Below, piece after piece: positions 1 through 11,419 of a stretch of DNA of 64,000 nt. Under the pieces are notes generated by a model. The model searched no databases and had not been told where the DNA came from. It saw nothing but the letters and a program-made list of their open reading frames with translations. The stretch is taken from assembly GCA_963814355.1 (NCBI GenBank), contig CAWFCZ010000018.1:637224-701223 (forward strand), in the 5' to 3' direction. The translations under genes and the position numbers were made by a program. Each line of letters opens with the position of its first letter. The first letter of the stretch is position 1. Source of the stretch: an uncultured Actinomycetota bacterium. Lineage in GTDB: Bacteria > Actinomycetota > Actinomycetes > JADGOV01.

Positions 1-261
1 GGGTCGCGGTTTGAGTGGCACCAGCGTTGAGTCCAGAGATGACGATCGCGATCGGGATGACCAGGACGACGCGAAACAGTGTCGTCAACCGGTTGTGCTC
101 CTCGGGATAGTCCACCTCCAGGCGCGCGGGGTAGCTCGCCGCTACCGACTCGGTGGTCACAGGTTCTCCTCTCTGGTGGGAAATGGGGTCCTGCCGGCGT
201 TGATCCCGCCGAAAGCTGGTCCAGACTGGCACGCTTCAGACGCGTCGTGGCGAACTTCCCG

Positions 262-2476
262 TCAGGCTACGGAAAGCTCCGGCTCCGTGGTGGCAGGCGC
301 TGCGATGTCCAATGCGATGGGTGGGAGCGTGAAGCCCTTGAACGCCATCCAGAGGCCGACCGAGAGCTCCCACATCGCCACCGGAAAGGCCGCGATGCCC
401 GCCCAGGTCGAGAACTGGCCAAAGGCGCCGAACATCGTGGCGGTCGAGGACGCGATGAGCACGGGGGCGCCGATGAGTCCGAGCCTGGGGATGGCGCGAG
501 GAACGAGGCCGGACCGGTACATCAGTGAGCCGAGCAGGAGCGCGTTGACGCCGGAGAGGATGCCGGGGCCGACGAGGTACGCCCAGTTGTGGATCGCGAC
601 GAGGGCGTCGCCGGTGGTGGCCAGCGAGGCCCCGTCTGCTCCGGGGGTTCCGGCCAGGGCCGTTCCGCGCAGCACCGGGCCGTCTTGCGCCGACGCGAGA
701 CGCAACGCCTGCTCGTACGTGCGCATCGCGTCGCGGAGGCGACCTTGGGTGAGCCGGATGTCCGCCAGCGCGACCGCACAACCGAGGGTGTCGGCGATGT
801 ACCCGCCTCGCTCCAGCCTCGCTGTGCACTCGGCGTACATCCGGTGTCCGGCCTCGAGCTGCCCACTCGTCCAGTACGCAAGTCCGAGAAGGCCGGCGCC
901 GCCGCCACGCACCAGATGTGCGTCACTGCCGGCGAGCTCGAGCGCTCGTCGGGCGTGGGTCATGGTGGCGGCTATATCGCCGACGACCAACGCTCGCCCG
1001 GCCCGGTAGAGGGCTGCCAGCGACGGGAGCGCACGAAACTCGGCGTCGTCCACGACAACCATCGCATCCGGCGGGGCCGTTGGTGCCTCGGACAACCCTG
1101 CCGTCGGCTCCAGCCACCGCTCGGCGTCTCGGATCCGCTCCTCGACGCCCTCCAGCTGACCGGTGGTCAGCAACGCCCCGGCATAGTGGACGCTCAGCAC
1201 GGGCCTGCAGCGGAGCACGGGATCGGGAAGCGCCTGGAGCCAGGCGAGCGCGGTCGCCTCCTGCCGCTGTTGGCGCACGGCCGGTAAGGCCAGCTCGACG
1301 AGGTCCGCCGCTCGGGCGAAATCCTGAGCGGCAAGAGCGTGCCCAACCGCGTCGGAGAGGCGACCGTTGCGCTCGTACCAGGCGCTCGCCCGGCCGTGCA
1401 GCTCCGGCAGTCGGTCGGGCTGTTCCGAACGCAGACGCGCATTCAGCACGTCTGCGAACAGGCGGTGGTAGCGGTACCACTGGCGGTGGTCGTCGAGTGG
1501 GACCAGGAAAAGGTTCCCCCGGTCCAGCGCGCCCAGCATGGCTGTGCTGTCACGCTGGCCGGTGACGGCGTCGCAGAGCGGACCGCTCAGCCGACCGAGG
1601 ATGGAGGTCTGCAGCAGGAAGGCCTGTGCCCGGTCGGACTGTCGAGCCAGCCTCCTCGACCAAGTAGTCGACGACGTAGCGGTCGTCGCCCGAGAAGCCG
1701 GCGATGAAGGCGGTGGGGTCTTCCCGGCCCTGCATCGACAGAGCGGCCAACTGGAGGGCGGCAATCCAGCCTTCGGTCCGCCCCTCGAGGGCGGCGACGT
1801 CTTTGGGTGTCAGCCGCAGGCCCATCGTTCCGTTGAGGTAGGCCACGGCCTCCTCGGGGGTAAAGCGCAGATCGGCCGCGCGAGTCTCGACGAGCTGGCC
1901 GCGAGCCCTCAGCCGGGCCAGCGGCAGCAGGGGGTCGGCGCGGCCGGCGATCACCAGGTGCAGCCGCGCAGGCAAGTGGTCGAGCAGGAAGGCCATTTCC
2001 TCCTGCACATCGCGCGAGTCGATGACGTGGTAGTCGTCGAGCACCAGGACGATGTCGCTCGGCGTGGCGCCGAGGTCGTTGAGCAGCGTCGTGAGGACCG
2101 CCTGTATCGGGGGCGCCTGGGGTGCGTGCAGCAGAGCGAGCGCGCTCGCGCCCACCTCCGGCTTCACCGTCCGCAACGCGGCGATCACATACGTCCAGAA
2201 CGTCGTGGGGTCGTTGTCCTCCCGGTCTAGCGACAACCACGCGGCGCCGCGCGCATCAGAGTGCGCGGCGGGTCGCGCAGCCAGCCACTCCGCCAGCAGC
2301 GTCGTCTTGCCGAACCCGGCCGGTGCGGAGACGAGCACCAGCTTGGACAAGGTCCCCCGGTCAAGGCGCTCGCTCAGCCGCGGCCGCGGAACCAGACTCC
2401 CCTGCCACCTAGGGACGTAGAGCTTCGTCTCGAGCAGGGGGGACGGCACGACCGTCACGTGCTGCGAGCGCGCCAC
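262..2476 (-). pseudogene. MalT-like large ATP-dependent LuxR (LAL)-type regulator, truncated. AAA+ ATPase N-terminal part (1550-2476) plus TPR-like region (262-1764). A frameshift lies near 1550-1764. There is no LuxR HTH, and the C-terminus reads through into a DUF4386-like membrane fragment (about 262-500).
   Basis: Walker A motif GFGKTTLL and DDYHVID motif in the 1550-2476 ORF. Continuation in the 262-1764 ORF (LLQTSILGRLSGPLCDAV..WYRYHRLFADVL). The C-terminal residues RSGLVPRAIPRLGLIGAPVLIA resemble the end of DUF4386 proteins. Confidence 0.55.
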
Positions 2477-2701
2477 AGGCGGAGTCTAGGTCCCGATCGG
2501 CGCGTCGCTCCGGCGCCAGCGATCGACGGAGGATGGCCCGGTCGATCTGCCTCAGCACATTCTGGACGCTGAGCGCGCTCACCGGTGCGGCGCAGTTCTG
2601 TCAGGATTGCGGCGCCGGGGTGCCGAACACGACGAGTGCTGGGCCGAGAACCGGCGATCGGGTTGTGCGGCAGCCTCCTCGGCGGGAGCCAGGCGCCGAG
2701 G

Positions 2702-3405
2702 TCAGTCCTCCTTCGGCTGGTAGCGGTAGCCCATTCCTGGCTCGGTGAGCAGGTACCGGGGGCGGGACGGATTTTCTTCGAGCTTGCCGCGCAGCTGGGC
2801 CATGTACTGGCGTGGGTAGTGGGCGACGTCGGCGTGGTTCGGCCCGCGGATGTCGCGGATGAGTTCGCGTTGGGTGATGAGCCGGCCGGGTTGCGGAGCA
2901 GGATTTCGAGCAGGTGCCATTCGGTACGGGTCAGTCGGAGATCGGTTCGATCGCTCTTGCCGTCGCTGGCTGGCCGAGTGACTCGACGGTGAGCCAGGTC
3001 CACGTTGACCGAGCCCAGCGCGACCATGGGAGCGAGTTCGACTCCGCCGTGGCGGCGGGTGACGGCGCGAACGCGCGCAGCCAGCTCGTCGACATTGAAC
3101 GGCTTGGTGACGGAGTCATCGGCACCCGCGTCGAGCGCGCGGATCTTCTCTTTGCTGTTGAGCCGGCCGGAAAGGATCAGGATCGGGACCGGCGTCCAGC
3201 GACGTAGCTCGAGAATCACGTCGACGCCGTCCATGTCGGGCAGCCCGAGGTCGAGCACGATGAGGTCGGGATGTTCGCGGGCGGCCGCATCGAGGGCTTG
3301 ACGGTCGGCACTAGCGGTGAGGACGTCGTAGGACCGGGCCAGCAGGTTCACCCGCAACGCACGGAGGATTTGCGGTTCGTCGTCGACGACAAGGATCCTG
3401 GTCAC
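2702..3405 (-). pseudogene. kdpE: KdpE OmpR-family response regulator, frameshifted. Receiver domain at 2920-3405, winged-helix C-terminus at 2702-2920 in another frame.
   Basis: N-terminus MTRILVVDDEPQILRAL...DLGLPDMDG. The 2702-2920 ORF ends ...RPRYLLTEPGMGYRYQP, a typical OmpR/KdpE C-terminus. ATGA overlap with kdpD at 3402-3405. Confidence 0.7.
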
Positions 3406-5944
3406 GCCGTGGCCAGTTCGGTGACGTCGCCGCCTGGCCGCTGCGGGTGCGCGGAGCGCAGCCGGATGACCATGGTGAGCCCGCCGCCAGGTGTCTCCTC
3501 CGGCGTGAGCGCTCCGCCCATGACTTCGGTGAGCCCGCGGGCGAGAGCCAGGCCGAGGCCCACGCCGGTGGTGTTATCGGTGTCACCGAGGCGCTGGAAT
3601 GGGGTGAAGATGCGCTCCCAGTCCGTGTGCGGGACACCGGGGCCTTGGTCGATCACCCTCAGCTCCACATCGGCCCCGTGGGCGCTGCCGGACTGTCGCG
3701 GTGGTGTCGATGCCGGCGAATACCGCAGCGCGTTCGCGGTGACGTTGGCGATGACCCGCTCGAGCAGCGCCGGGTCGGCGAGTACCTCCGGCAGCACCGG
3801 GGGGAGTTCGATGCCGACATCCCGCGCGGCCGGTCCGAGCGCGTCGAGCGCGAGTGGGACGACCTCATCGAGGCGGGTCGGCTCGGGGAAGGCCGACAGA
3901 GCGCCGGCTTGCAGGCGGCTCATGTCGAGCAGGTTTTCCACCAGCCTGGCGAGCCGGTCGAGGGACTCCCGGGCTGTTGCGATCAACTCAGCGTGCTGCT
4001 CCTCCGTCCAGGCGATGGTTGCACTGGCCAGACTGTCGACCGCGGCCGTCGCCGAGGCGAGCGGCGAGCGCAGGTCGTGACTCACAGCGGCGAGCAGCGC
4101 AGCCCGCATCCGGTCGGCCTCGGCGAGCGGCTTCGCTGCCTGCGCCGCATCGGCAAGCTGCTGCTGCTCGAGTGCGGCCGCGGCCTGCGTCGCGAAGACC
4201 GTCAGTAGACGCTGCTCCTCGGCCCGGGGCCGGTGGCCGCGAATCACCAGCGCGACGCGGTCCTCGCCGATGGCGTTGCCGTCACCGTCCTCGGCGTGGC
4301 GCTCGGTGGTTCACCGAGGCTGGCGACGACCTTCCACTTCTCGATGGGCCCGTTTGGGACGCGTTCGAGCAGCGTGACCGCGTCAAGCGACAACGCCTCG
4401 CGGAGCCGGTCGATCAGCGCGGGCAGGGCAGCCTGCCCGCGAAGGACGCTGCCAGCGAGGGTGGCCAGAGTCTGCGACTCGGCGTTGGCTCGGGCCGCCT
4501 GCTGGGTACGTCGGGCGGCGAGATCGACCACCCAGCTGACCGTGGCCGCGACGAGAATGAACGCGACCAGGGCGATCACGTTGTCGCGTGCGGCGATCGT
4601 CCATCGATGGATCGGTGGCGTGAAGTAGTAGTTGAGCAGCAAGCTGCCGACGACCGCGGCCGCGATGCCGGGTAGGCGCCGCCGGCGAGCGAGACAGCGA
4701 CGACAGCGAGCAGGCACACCAGCAGGTCGCTGGTCAGGTTCAGCTCGGAACGCAGCTGGGCCAGCACAAGTGTGGTCAACGGCAGCAGAACCACCGCGAG
4801 TGCCGCACCGGGCCAACGCCGCCGGGCGCTCAGGCCGCCGGTCAGGTCGGGGAGACGCCTGCCGCGCCCGATCTGTTCATGGGTGACCATGTGCACGTCG
4901 ATGTCGCCGGACAGCCGCACAGTGGTCACGCCGATCCCGGCACCGGAGAAAAACGCAGCCAGGGCGGATCGGCGGGACGCGCCGACGACGAGCTGGGTGG
5001 CGTTCTCAGCCCGGGCGAAGTCGATGAGCGTTTGCGGCACGTTTTCGCCGACGATCTCGTGGTAGCCGCCGCCGAGCGACTCAAGCAGCCGACGCTGTTC
5101 GGCGAGATGGGCTGGGCTGGCGCCGGCGAGCCCGTCCGAAAGGACGACGTGCACGCCGAGAAGGTCGGCGCCACCGCGGGTGGCGATGCGCGCTGCCCGC
5201 CGGATCAACGTCTCCCCTTCCGGCCCACCGGTGAGCGCGACTACGACCCGCTCTCGGGTCTCCCATGTCCCTTCGATGTGATGGTCGCGGCGATATCTCT
5301 GCAATGACTCGTCGACCTTGTCGGCCAGCCACAGCAGCCAGCTCTCGTAGCGCGCTGAGGTTGCCAACCCGGAAGTAGTTGGCCATAGCCGCGTCGATCT
5401 TGTCGGCGGCGTAGATGTTGCCGTGCGCCATCCGCCGGCGCAAGGCTTCCGGAGTGATGTCGACGACCTCGACTTGGTCAGCGGCTCGGACAAACGCGTC
5501 CGGCACGGTCTCGCGCTGTCGGATGCCCGTTATCTTCTCGACGACATCGTTGACCGATTCGAGGTGCTGGATGTTGACCGTGGAGAGCACGGTGATCCCG
5601 GCGGCGAGCAGGCTCTCGATGTCCTGCCAGCGTTTCTCGTGCGCACAGCCAGGCACGTTGGTGTGAGCGAGTTCGTCCACGCAGACCACGTGCGGACGGC
5701 GCGCGATGACCGCGTCGACGTCCATCTCCTCGAACGTTGTCCCGCGGTAGTCGATGATCCGGCGGGGGACGACCTCGAGATCGCCGATCATTGACCGCGT
5801 GCGGGCCCGGCCGTGCGTCTCCACAAACCCGACGACGACGTCAGTCCCGCGAGACTTTCGGCGATGCGCCTCCCCGAGCCTCGCGTAGGTCTTTCCGACG
5901 CCCGGTGCGGCGCCGAGATAGATGCGCAACGTTCCGCAGGCCAT
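3402..5944 (-). pseudogene. kdpD: KdpD sensor histidine kinase, split into at least 4 reading-frame pieces: KdpD N-terminal domain 5081-5944, Usp/TM 4576-5493, TM/GAF 4244-4816, HisKA/HATPase 3402-4247.
   Basis: GAAPGVGKTY P-loop of the KdpD N-terminal domain. H-box SHDLRSPL. HATPase G-boxes DQGPGVP and GVGLGLAL. The pieces are colinear but in different frames. Confidence 0.75.
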
Positions 5945-5954
5945 GGCCGGGCCT

Positions 5955-6854
5955 CTATCGGGTCTGCAGCCGGTCGAGGGCGAGGTTGACCAGCAGCACG
6001 TTCACCGCGGGCTCACCCATGAAGCCCAGTGTCCTCGATGAGCTGTACTTGTTCACGAAGTCGAGCACCGTCGCCAGCGGAAGGCTGCGGACCCGGGCAA
6101 CGCGCGGGGCCTGCAGTCGGGCGTAGGCGACGGAGATGTCCGGGTCGAGCCCCGACCCGCTCGCGGTGACCGCGTCCGGTGGTACCGGGTTGGCCGGCCA
6201 GGCTCTTCCCGGCCCGCGCAGCGCGACGATGCGGCCGATGCGGTAGTTCTCGCCGAACGTCGCACACTGCACCGGGACACCGTCGAAGATCGCCAGGAAC
6301 AGTGTAGCCGGGCAGGCCTGATTCACGCTCACGACCCGTACCACCGCGCCGGCAATGCCCTGCGCGCGGATCACGGACAGGACCGCTCCTACCCCGTCCG
6401 GTGTGCAATAGGGCCTCAGGCCGTCGACTCTTTCGAGTTGGCCTACCGCGATGCTTCGTGCGCAGACCTGAGTCAGCAGTCCCTGCTTGCCGGTGTCGCC
6501 TTTGACGGACGGGTCGGGCGGCGTGTCAACGATCTCTTCCGGTCCGAGGTTCGAGGCGCTGGTGGCGGTCGGATCGTAGCCGTCACCGGCCGCCGAGGGG
6601 CGGGACTGGAAGTATTTCCGGATCGGGTTGCCCTTGCTGTCGGTGAAGGCCTGGCCGATCACCGCTGACCCGACGCCGCCGTTGGCGTCGATGAGGGACC
6701 CGTCCGCGCGGTGCTGCAGGCCAGGCATCTGCACGGCCGCGGTCACCGCAAGCGGGTAGGCGATGCCGAAGATGACCGTGAGGACGAATAGGGCGCGCAG
6801 TGCGGCGACGTGCCGGCGCAGCCAGGCGGGTAGTCGGATGAGCATCACAGTCAC
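5955..6854 (-). CDS. kdpC: K+-transporting ATPase subunit C (KdpC), apparently intact
   Basis: 299-aa ORF. N-terminal TM helix plus conserved KdpC motifs ([15 protein letters not shown]). Lies between kdpB and kdpD in the canonical order. Confidence 0.7.
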   Translation of the reverse strand: MTVMLIRLPAWLRRHVAALRALFVLTVIFGIAYPLAVTAAVQMPGLQHRADGSLIDANGGVGSAVIGQAFTDSKGNPIRKYFQSRPSAAGDGYDPTATSASNLGPEEIVDTPPDPSVKGDTGKQGLLTQVCARSIAVGQLERVDGLRPYCTPDGVGAVLSVIRAQGIAGAVVRVVSVNQACPATLFLAIFDGVPVQCATFGENYRIGRIVALRGPGRAWPANPVPPDAVTASGSGLDPDISVAYARLQAPRVARVRSLPLATVLDFVNKYSSSRTLGFMGEPAVNVLLVNLALDRLQTR

Positions 6855-8954
6855 CGGATTCCGGGGATGAATTGCACCACGAGGTCGATCAGTTTGATGC
6901 CGAGGAACGGCACGACCAGCCCGCCGAGGCCGTAGAGGTAGAGGTTACGGCGCAGCATCGCCGAGGCGTTGCTGGGCCGGTAGCGCACCCCACGCAGCGC
7001 GAGTGGGATGAGCGCCACGATGATGAGCGCGTTGAAGACGACCGCGGCCAGGATTGCGCTCTCCGGCGAGTCCAGCCGGATGACGTTGAGCGTGTCCAGC
7101 CCCGGGTAGACCGCGGCGAACATCGCGGGGATGATCGCGAAGAACTTCGCGACGTCGTTCGCGATCGAAAAAGTCGTCGGTGACCGCGGGTGATGAGGAG
7201 TTGTTTGCCGATTTCGACGATCTCGATGAGCTTCGTAGGGTTGGAGTCAAGGTCGACCATGTTGCCGGCTTCTTTGGCCGCTGACGTACCGGTGTTCATC
7301 GCGACACCGACATCGGCCTGCGCCAGAGCGGGAGCGTCATTGGTACCGTCGCCCGTCATCGCGACGAGCTTGCCGCCCGCCTGCTCGCGACGGATCAGCG
7401 CCATCTTGTCCTGTGGTATCGCTTCGGCGAGGAAGTCATCGACTCCGGCCTCGTCAGCGATGGCCTTGGCGGTGAGCGGGTTGTCACCGGTGATCATGAC
7501 CGCGCGGATACCCATGGCGCGCAGCTCGTCGAAGCGTTCGCTGATGTCTTGCTTGACGATGTCCTTGAGGTGGATGACCCCGAGTACACGCGCGCCCGTG
7601 GGGCCCGTCGCCGCGACCACGAGCGGGGTACCGCCGGCGCTGGAGATCCCGTCCACGACCGGGCCGAGCTCGGCCGCCGGGACGCCGCCCGATTCGCGCA
7701 CCCAATCGCGGACCGCGCTCGACGCGCCCTTGCGGATCTGCCGGACGACGGCGTCGTCGGCCAGGTCGACGCCGCTCATCCGGGTCTGCGCGCTGAACGC
7801 GATGAACGTCGCCTGCCCGAGCTCGCCTTCGTGACGTTCCCGCAGCCCGTACCGGGTCTTGGCAAGCACGACGATCGAGCGGCCCTCTGGTGTCTCGTCG
7901 GCCAAGCTCGCCAGCTGGGCGGCGTCAGCCAATTCCGCTTCGCTGACGCCGGCGACCGGGATCAGCTCGACGGCTTCGCGGTTGCCGAGGGTGATGGTGC
8001 CGGTCTTGTCCAGCAGCAGGGTGTTGACGTCACCGGCGGCCTCGACCGCGCGGCCGGACATGGCGAGCACGTTGCGTTGCACAAGCCGGTCCATGCCGGC
8101 GATGCCGATGGCGGACAGCAGCGCACCGATCGTGGTCGGGATCAGACAGACCAGCAGCGAGACCAGCACGATGCCGGTGACACCGTGCGCGGTCAGCGCG
8201 CCCGAGTCGGGGACACCGGGTTGCTGCGCCTTCGAGAAGATTGCCAGCGGCTGCAGCGTCGCGACCGCGAGAAGGAAGATGATTGTCAACGACGCGAGGA
8301 GGATGTTCAGTGCGATCTCGTTCGGTGTCTTCTGCCGTGATGCTCCTTCGACGAGCGCGATCATCCGGTCGATGAAGCTCTCGCCCGGCTTCTGGGTGAT
8401 CTGCACGATGATCCGGTCGGACAGCACCCGGGTACCGCCGGTCACCGAGGAACGGTCCCCGCCGGACTCGCGGATAACCGGTGCCGACTCGCCGGTGATC
8501 GCGGACTCGTCGACACTGGCGATCCCCTCGACGACGTCGCCATGGCCTGGGATGGACTGGCCAGCCTCGACGATGACGATGTCACCTTGCTTCAGCCGGG
8601 TGGCGGGGACCTGCTCCTCCGGAATCCCGGCGATGTCGCGGCTTGGTGCCCACCGGCGAGCCGGCGGGCGACCGTCTGGGTCTTTGCGCGGCGCAGTGTC
8701 TCGGCCTGGGCCTTGCCGCGGCCTTCGGCGACGGCTTCGGCGAGGTTGGCGAACAGGACAGTCAGCCGTAGCCACGCGGCGGTGATGATCGCGAAGGCGG
8801 TGTGGTCGCGGATCGCCAGCCAGGTCGTGTAGATCGAGCCGATCTCCACGATGAACATGACCGGGTTCCTGTAAAGGGTTCGTGGGTCGAGCTTGCGGAA
8901 CGCGTCCGGGGTGGAGTGCCACAGCATCTTCGGGTCGAGTAACCCGCCCTGCAC
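6851..8954 (-). pseudogene. kdpB: K+-transporting P-type ATPase subunit B (KdpB) with two frameshifts, near 7150 and near 8640
   Basis: DKTGTIT phosphorylation motif, TGDN and [10 protein letters not shown] motifs in the 6889-8991 ORF. True N-terminus ([26 protein letters not shown]) in the 8592-8954 ORF. True C-terminus in the 6851-7123 ORF. Confidence 0.75.
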
Positions 8955-8999
8955 CCGACGTGGCCGACCCGGGGCATCTGCCGCGAGTCATACGTTGCG

Positions 9000-10680
9000 G
9001 CGGTCATCAGTGCAGCCCCTCTGACCCGGTTCCGCAGGTAGTGGGGTGGGGTGCGGCGTGGTGAGGTGACGAATGCCCTTGCTGGTAAGGAGAATCGTGG
9101 TGCTGAAGCCAGCGGTTCTCTGACCGGGAAGGGCACCCGTCCGGTGAGCAGACTACGACGGAAAGCACGTGGTTCCACCAGGGCCCGGGTTCGGCGCGCC
9201 GGGGTGCGGTTGGGACGGCCGGATCCGTCGCTGACCGGCGTCGCGGGTTTGGCGGGTGTGGATGAGCTGGTCGCCGCGTTGGGGGTGGTGCCGGCGTTGG
9301 ACGCGGGTATCGGGGCGGTCAAGTCCCGGGTCCGGGGCGCGACCGCCGGGCAGTTGGTGACCGGGTTGGCGGCGGCGCGGTGGTGCGGCGCCGAGTGGCT
9401 GTCCGGCTGTGACGGGCTGCGGGCCGACGCGGGCAGCGCGCTGCTGACCGAGGCGGCTGTCCCGGCGTCGACGACGGCCGGGTCGTTGATGCGCCGGTTC
9501 GGCCCGGGGCAGATCGCCGGGATCGAGACCGGGCTCGGTGTGGTCTATGACCGCTGGCTGGCGCTGGTGCCCGGCGCTACCCGTGCTCCGCTGGTCACCC
9601 GGGCGCCGAGGATCGACCTGGACGCCAGCGACGTCGAGGTCTACGGCCGGGCCAAGTGCCGGGTCGGCTACACCTACGCCGGGGTGAAGGCCGGCCGGGT
9701 ACATCTGGCGAGCTGGGCCGGCGCCGAGTTGCCGTTGGCGGCCGATCTGATCGCCGGCAACGAGGATGTCCGCCCGGACGCGCCGGCGCTGCTCCGCCGG
9801 GCGCTGGCCGTGCTGCCGGCGGCGGTGTGCGCCCGGCCGCGGCTGCGCGCGGATGCCGGCTACTTCGACGCCGCCCTCGCCCACGCCGCCCGGGACGCGG
9901 GCGTCGATTTCGCTATCGCCGCGAAGCGGAACCCGGCCGCGTGGCGGGCGTACGCGGGCATCGAGGAGACGGCCTGGCGCGACGCCCGGGACATGACCGG
10001 CGCGCAGGTCGCGTCGTGCGGCTACACCCCGGCCGGCTGGCCGGAAGGCACCTACACCATCGTGCGCCGGGTCCGCGTCGACGCCGAGACGATCAGCGCG
10101 GACCCGCGGTCGAGGCGACGGCGGACCATCGCCGCTGACCAGCTGCGCCTCGCGCTCAACCGGCTGGTCGACCATGCCTGGGCGGTCAGCTTCATCGTCA
10201 CCGACATCCCCGCCGACGACGCCGACCTGGTCGGGCTGGAAACCTGGTTCCGCAACCCGGGTCAGCGTCGAGGAACGCTTCCGGGAAGCCAAACTCGGCG
10301 CCGGGCTGTTCCACCTCCCCTCCGCCGACCACACCGTCAACACGGTCTGGACCTGGGCGGCGCTCCTCGCCGGCGCGCTCAACGTGATGCTCACCGGCCT
10401 GACCGGGGCGCAGCCCTACGTGCGCCACCCCGGCCGGGTGCACATCGACACCCTCCGCCGCCACCTACTCACCACCCCGGCACGGCTGATCCGCCACGCC
10501 CGCGGCCTGACCCTACGACTACCCCCCAACGCAACGCGGTCGAACAAACGAACGAAAAAAAAGACCTGACCCTACGACTACCCCCCAACCGCAACGCGGT
10601 CGAACACGTCCTGACCCGGCTGCGCGCACTCCCCGCCCCGGCCTACTGACCGACGACCCCGCCCCTACCACCGGAGACAC
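9000..10680 (+). mobile_element. IS1380-family insertion sequence occupying the position where kdpA should be. Its transposase carries a 1-bp homopolymer frameshift (about 10262) and a 3' tandem duplication. Element ends are not resolved.
   Basis: Transposase ORF 9051-10649 with N-terminal DPSLTGVAGL..ELVAALG motif and DDE-type core. C-terminal part ERFREAKLGAGLFHLPSADH..NTVWTWAALLA is in the 10174-10569 frame. The element sits between kdpB (start 8954) and kdpF (10883). Confidence 0.6.
10506..10606 (+). repeat. Tandem duplication (about 41-bp unit, 59-bp period, A-rich 18-bp linker) inside the 3' end of the IS1380 transposase gene
   Basis: cctgaccctacgactaccccccaacgcaacgcggtcgaaca occurs twice (10506-10546 and 10565-10606). 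The copies are separated by aacgaacgaaaaaaaaga. Confidence 0.8.
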
Positions 10681-10799
10681 CGGACACCACGCCGGACGAA
10701 CCGTCACGCCCAGACACACCCGCCACTATCCGGCCGCGCCAGCACCAAGATCACAGCCCTAACTGCGGAATTGGGTCAGACCGATCACGTTCTCCGCGG

Positions 10800-10883
10800 T
10801 CACAGCTTTTCCGCTCCTCGGACGATCAGTGCGAACACCGTGAAGATCGCAACGGTGAGCAGGATGAAGATGAGGTCACGCAT
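10800..10883 (-). CDS. kdpF: K+-transporting ATPase subunit F (KdpF), 27 aa, intact. Not in the ORF track.
   Basis: Minus-strand ATG at 10883. Translation MRDLIFILLTVAIFTVFALIVRGAEKL followed by TGA. Single hydrophobic helix typical of KdpF. Confidence 0.7.
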   Translation of the reverse strand: MRDLIFILLTVAIFTVFALIVRGAEKL

Positions 10884-10920
10884 GCCTTTCCCCTGTCATC
10901 TGTCGTTCGTTTGCAGGCAA

Positions 10921-10936
10921 GACTCGACGTCGAGTC
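10921..10936. promoter_or_regulatory. Perfect 16-bp palindrome GACTCGACGTCGAGTC, about 38 bp upstream of the kdpF start. Candidate operator within the 536-bp divergent kdpF/methyltransferase intergenic region.
   Basis: Seen directly in the sequence. Position relative to the kdpF ATG at 10883. Confidence 0.3.
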
Positions 10937-11419
10937 AGTTCGCGGAGATCAGCGCGCCGTAGGTGGAGCTGCAACGAGCGCGGTCGCGATCGTTCACCGC
11001 GCAGCCGTACAGCGCCAGCAGTCGCGTGAGATCGCCGCTGCCGTGCCAGCGCGACCGACGACGGGATGCGCGGCCCGTCGCTGTGCTGCTCGTCGACCCA
11101 CCCTCGCACGGCCTCTCCCCAACTCGCCAGACACCACCGTCCTTCAAGCAGTGAAGAAGTTGTCCAGCACCCACCGCAAATTCCCTGACGGACTCCTGAC
11201 GGGTCTCCGCGAAAATCAGGCGAGATCTTGACGGCGGTGTGACGCGGTGGCGGCACGCTCCCCGTACTCACCGGCAGCGATCCGTCTCGTCGTGGCACGC
11301 ACCGCATTCAGCCGGCGGAGCAGTCGGCCGGTGTCGAACGCGGCGACCGGGCCACCGTCGATACCCCTGGGGGTGTATGCTGTCGCGGGGCACCCAGAGA
11401 GCACGCGGAAGGGTGAAGG

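Noticed and set aside
11-1009. 332-aa plus-strand ORF at the window start, plus many other long ORFs antisense to real genes (for example 9153-10394 minus, 21894-23501 plus, 58813-61557 plus, 62815-63978 plus, 3271-4080 plus)
   Set aside because: These lie antisense to well-supported genes and have Arg/Pro/Ala/Gly-rich low-complexity translations with no recognisable motifs. In 71%-GC DNA, long stop-free antisense frames are expected.
10884-11250. Possible c-di-AMP (ydaO-type) riboswitch in the kdpF leader
   Set aside because: The idea fits kdp biology in some Gram-positives, but I could not recognise the conserved pseudo-two-fold ydaO core by eye. It needs a covariance-model scan. Kept only as a low-interest finding.
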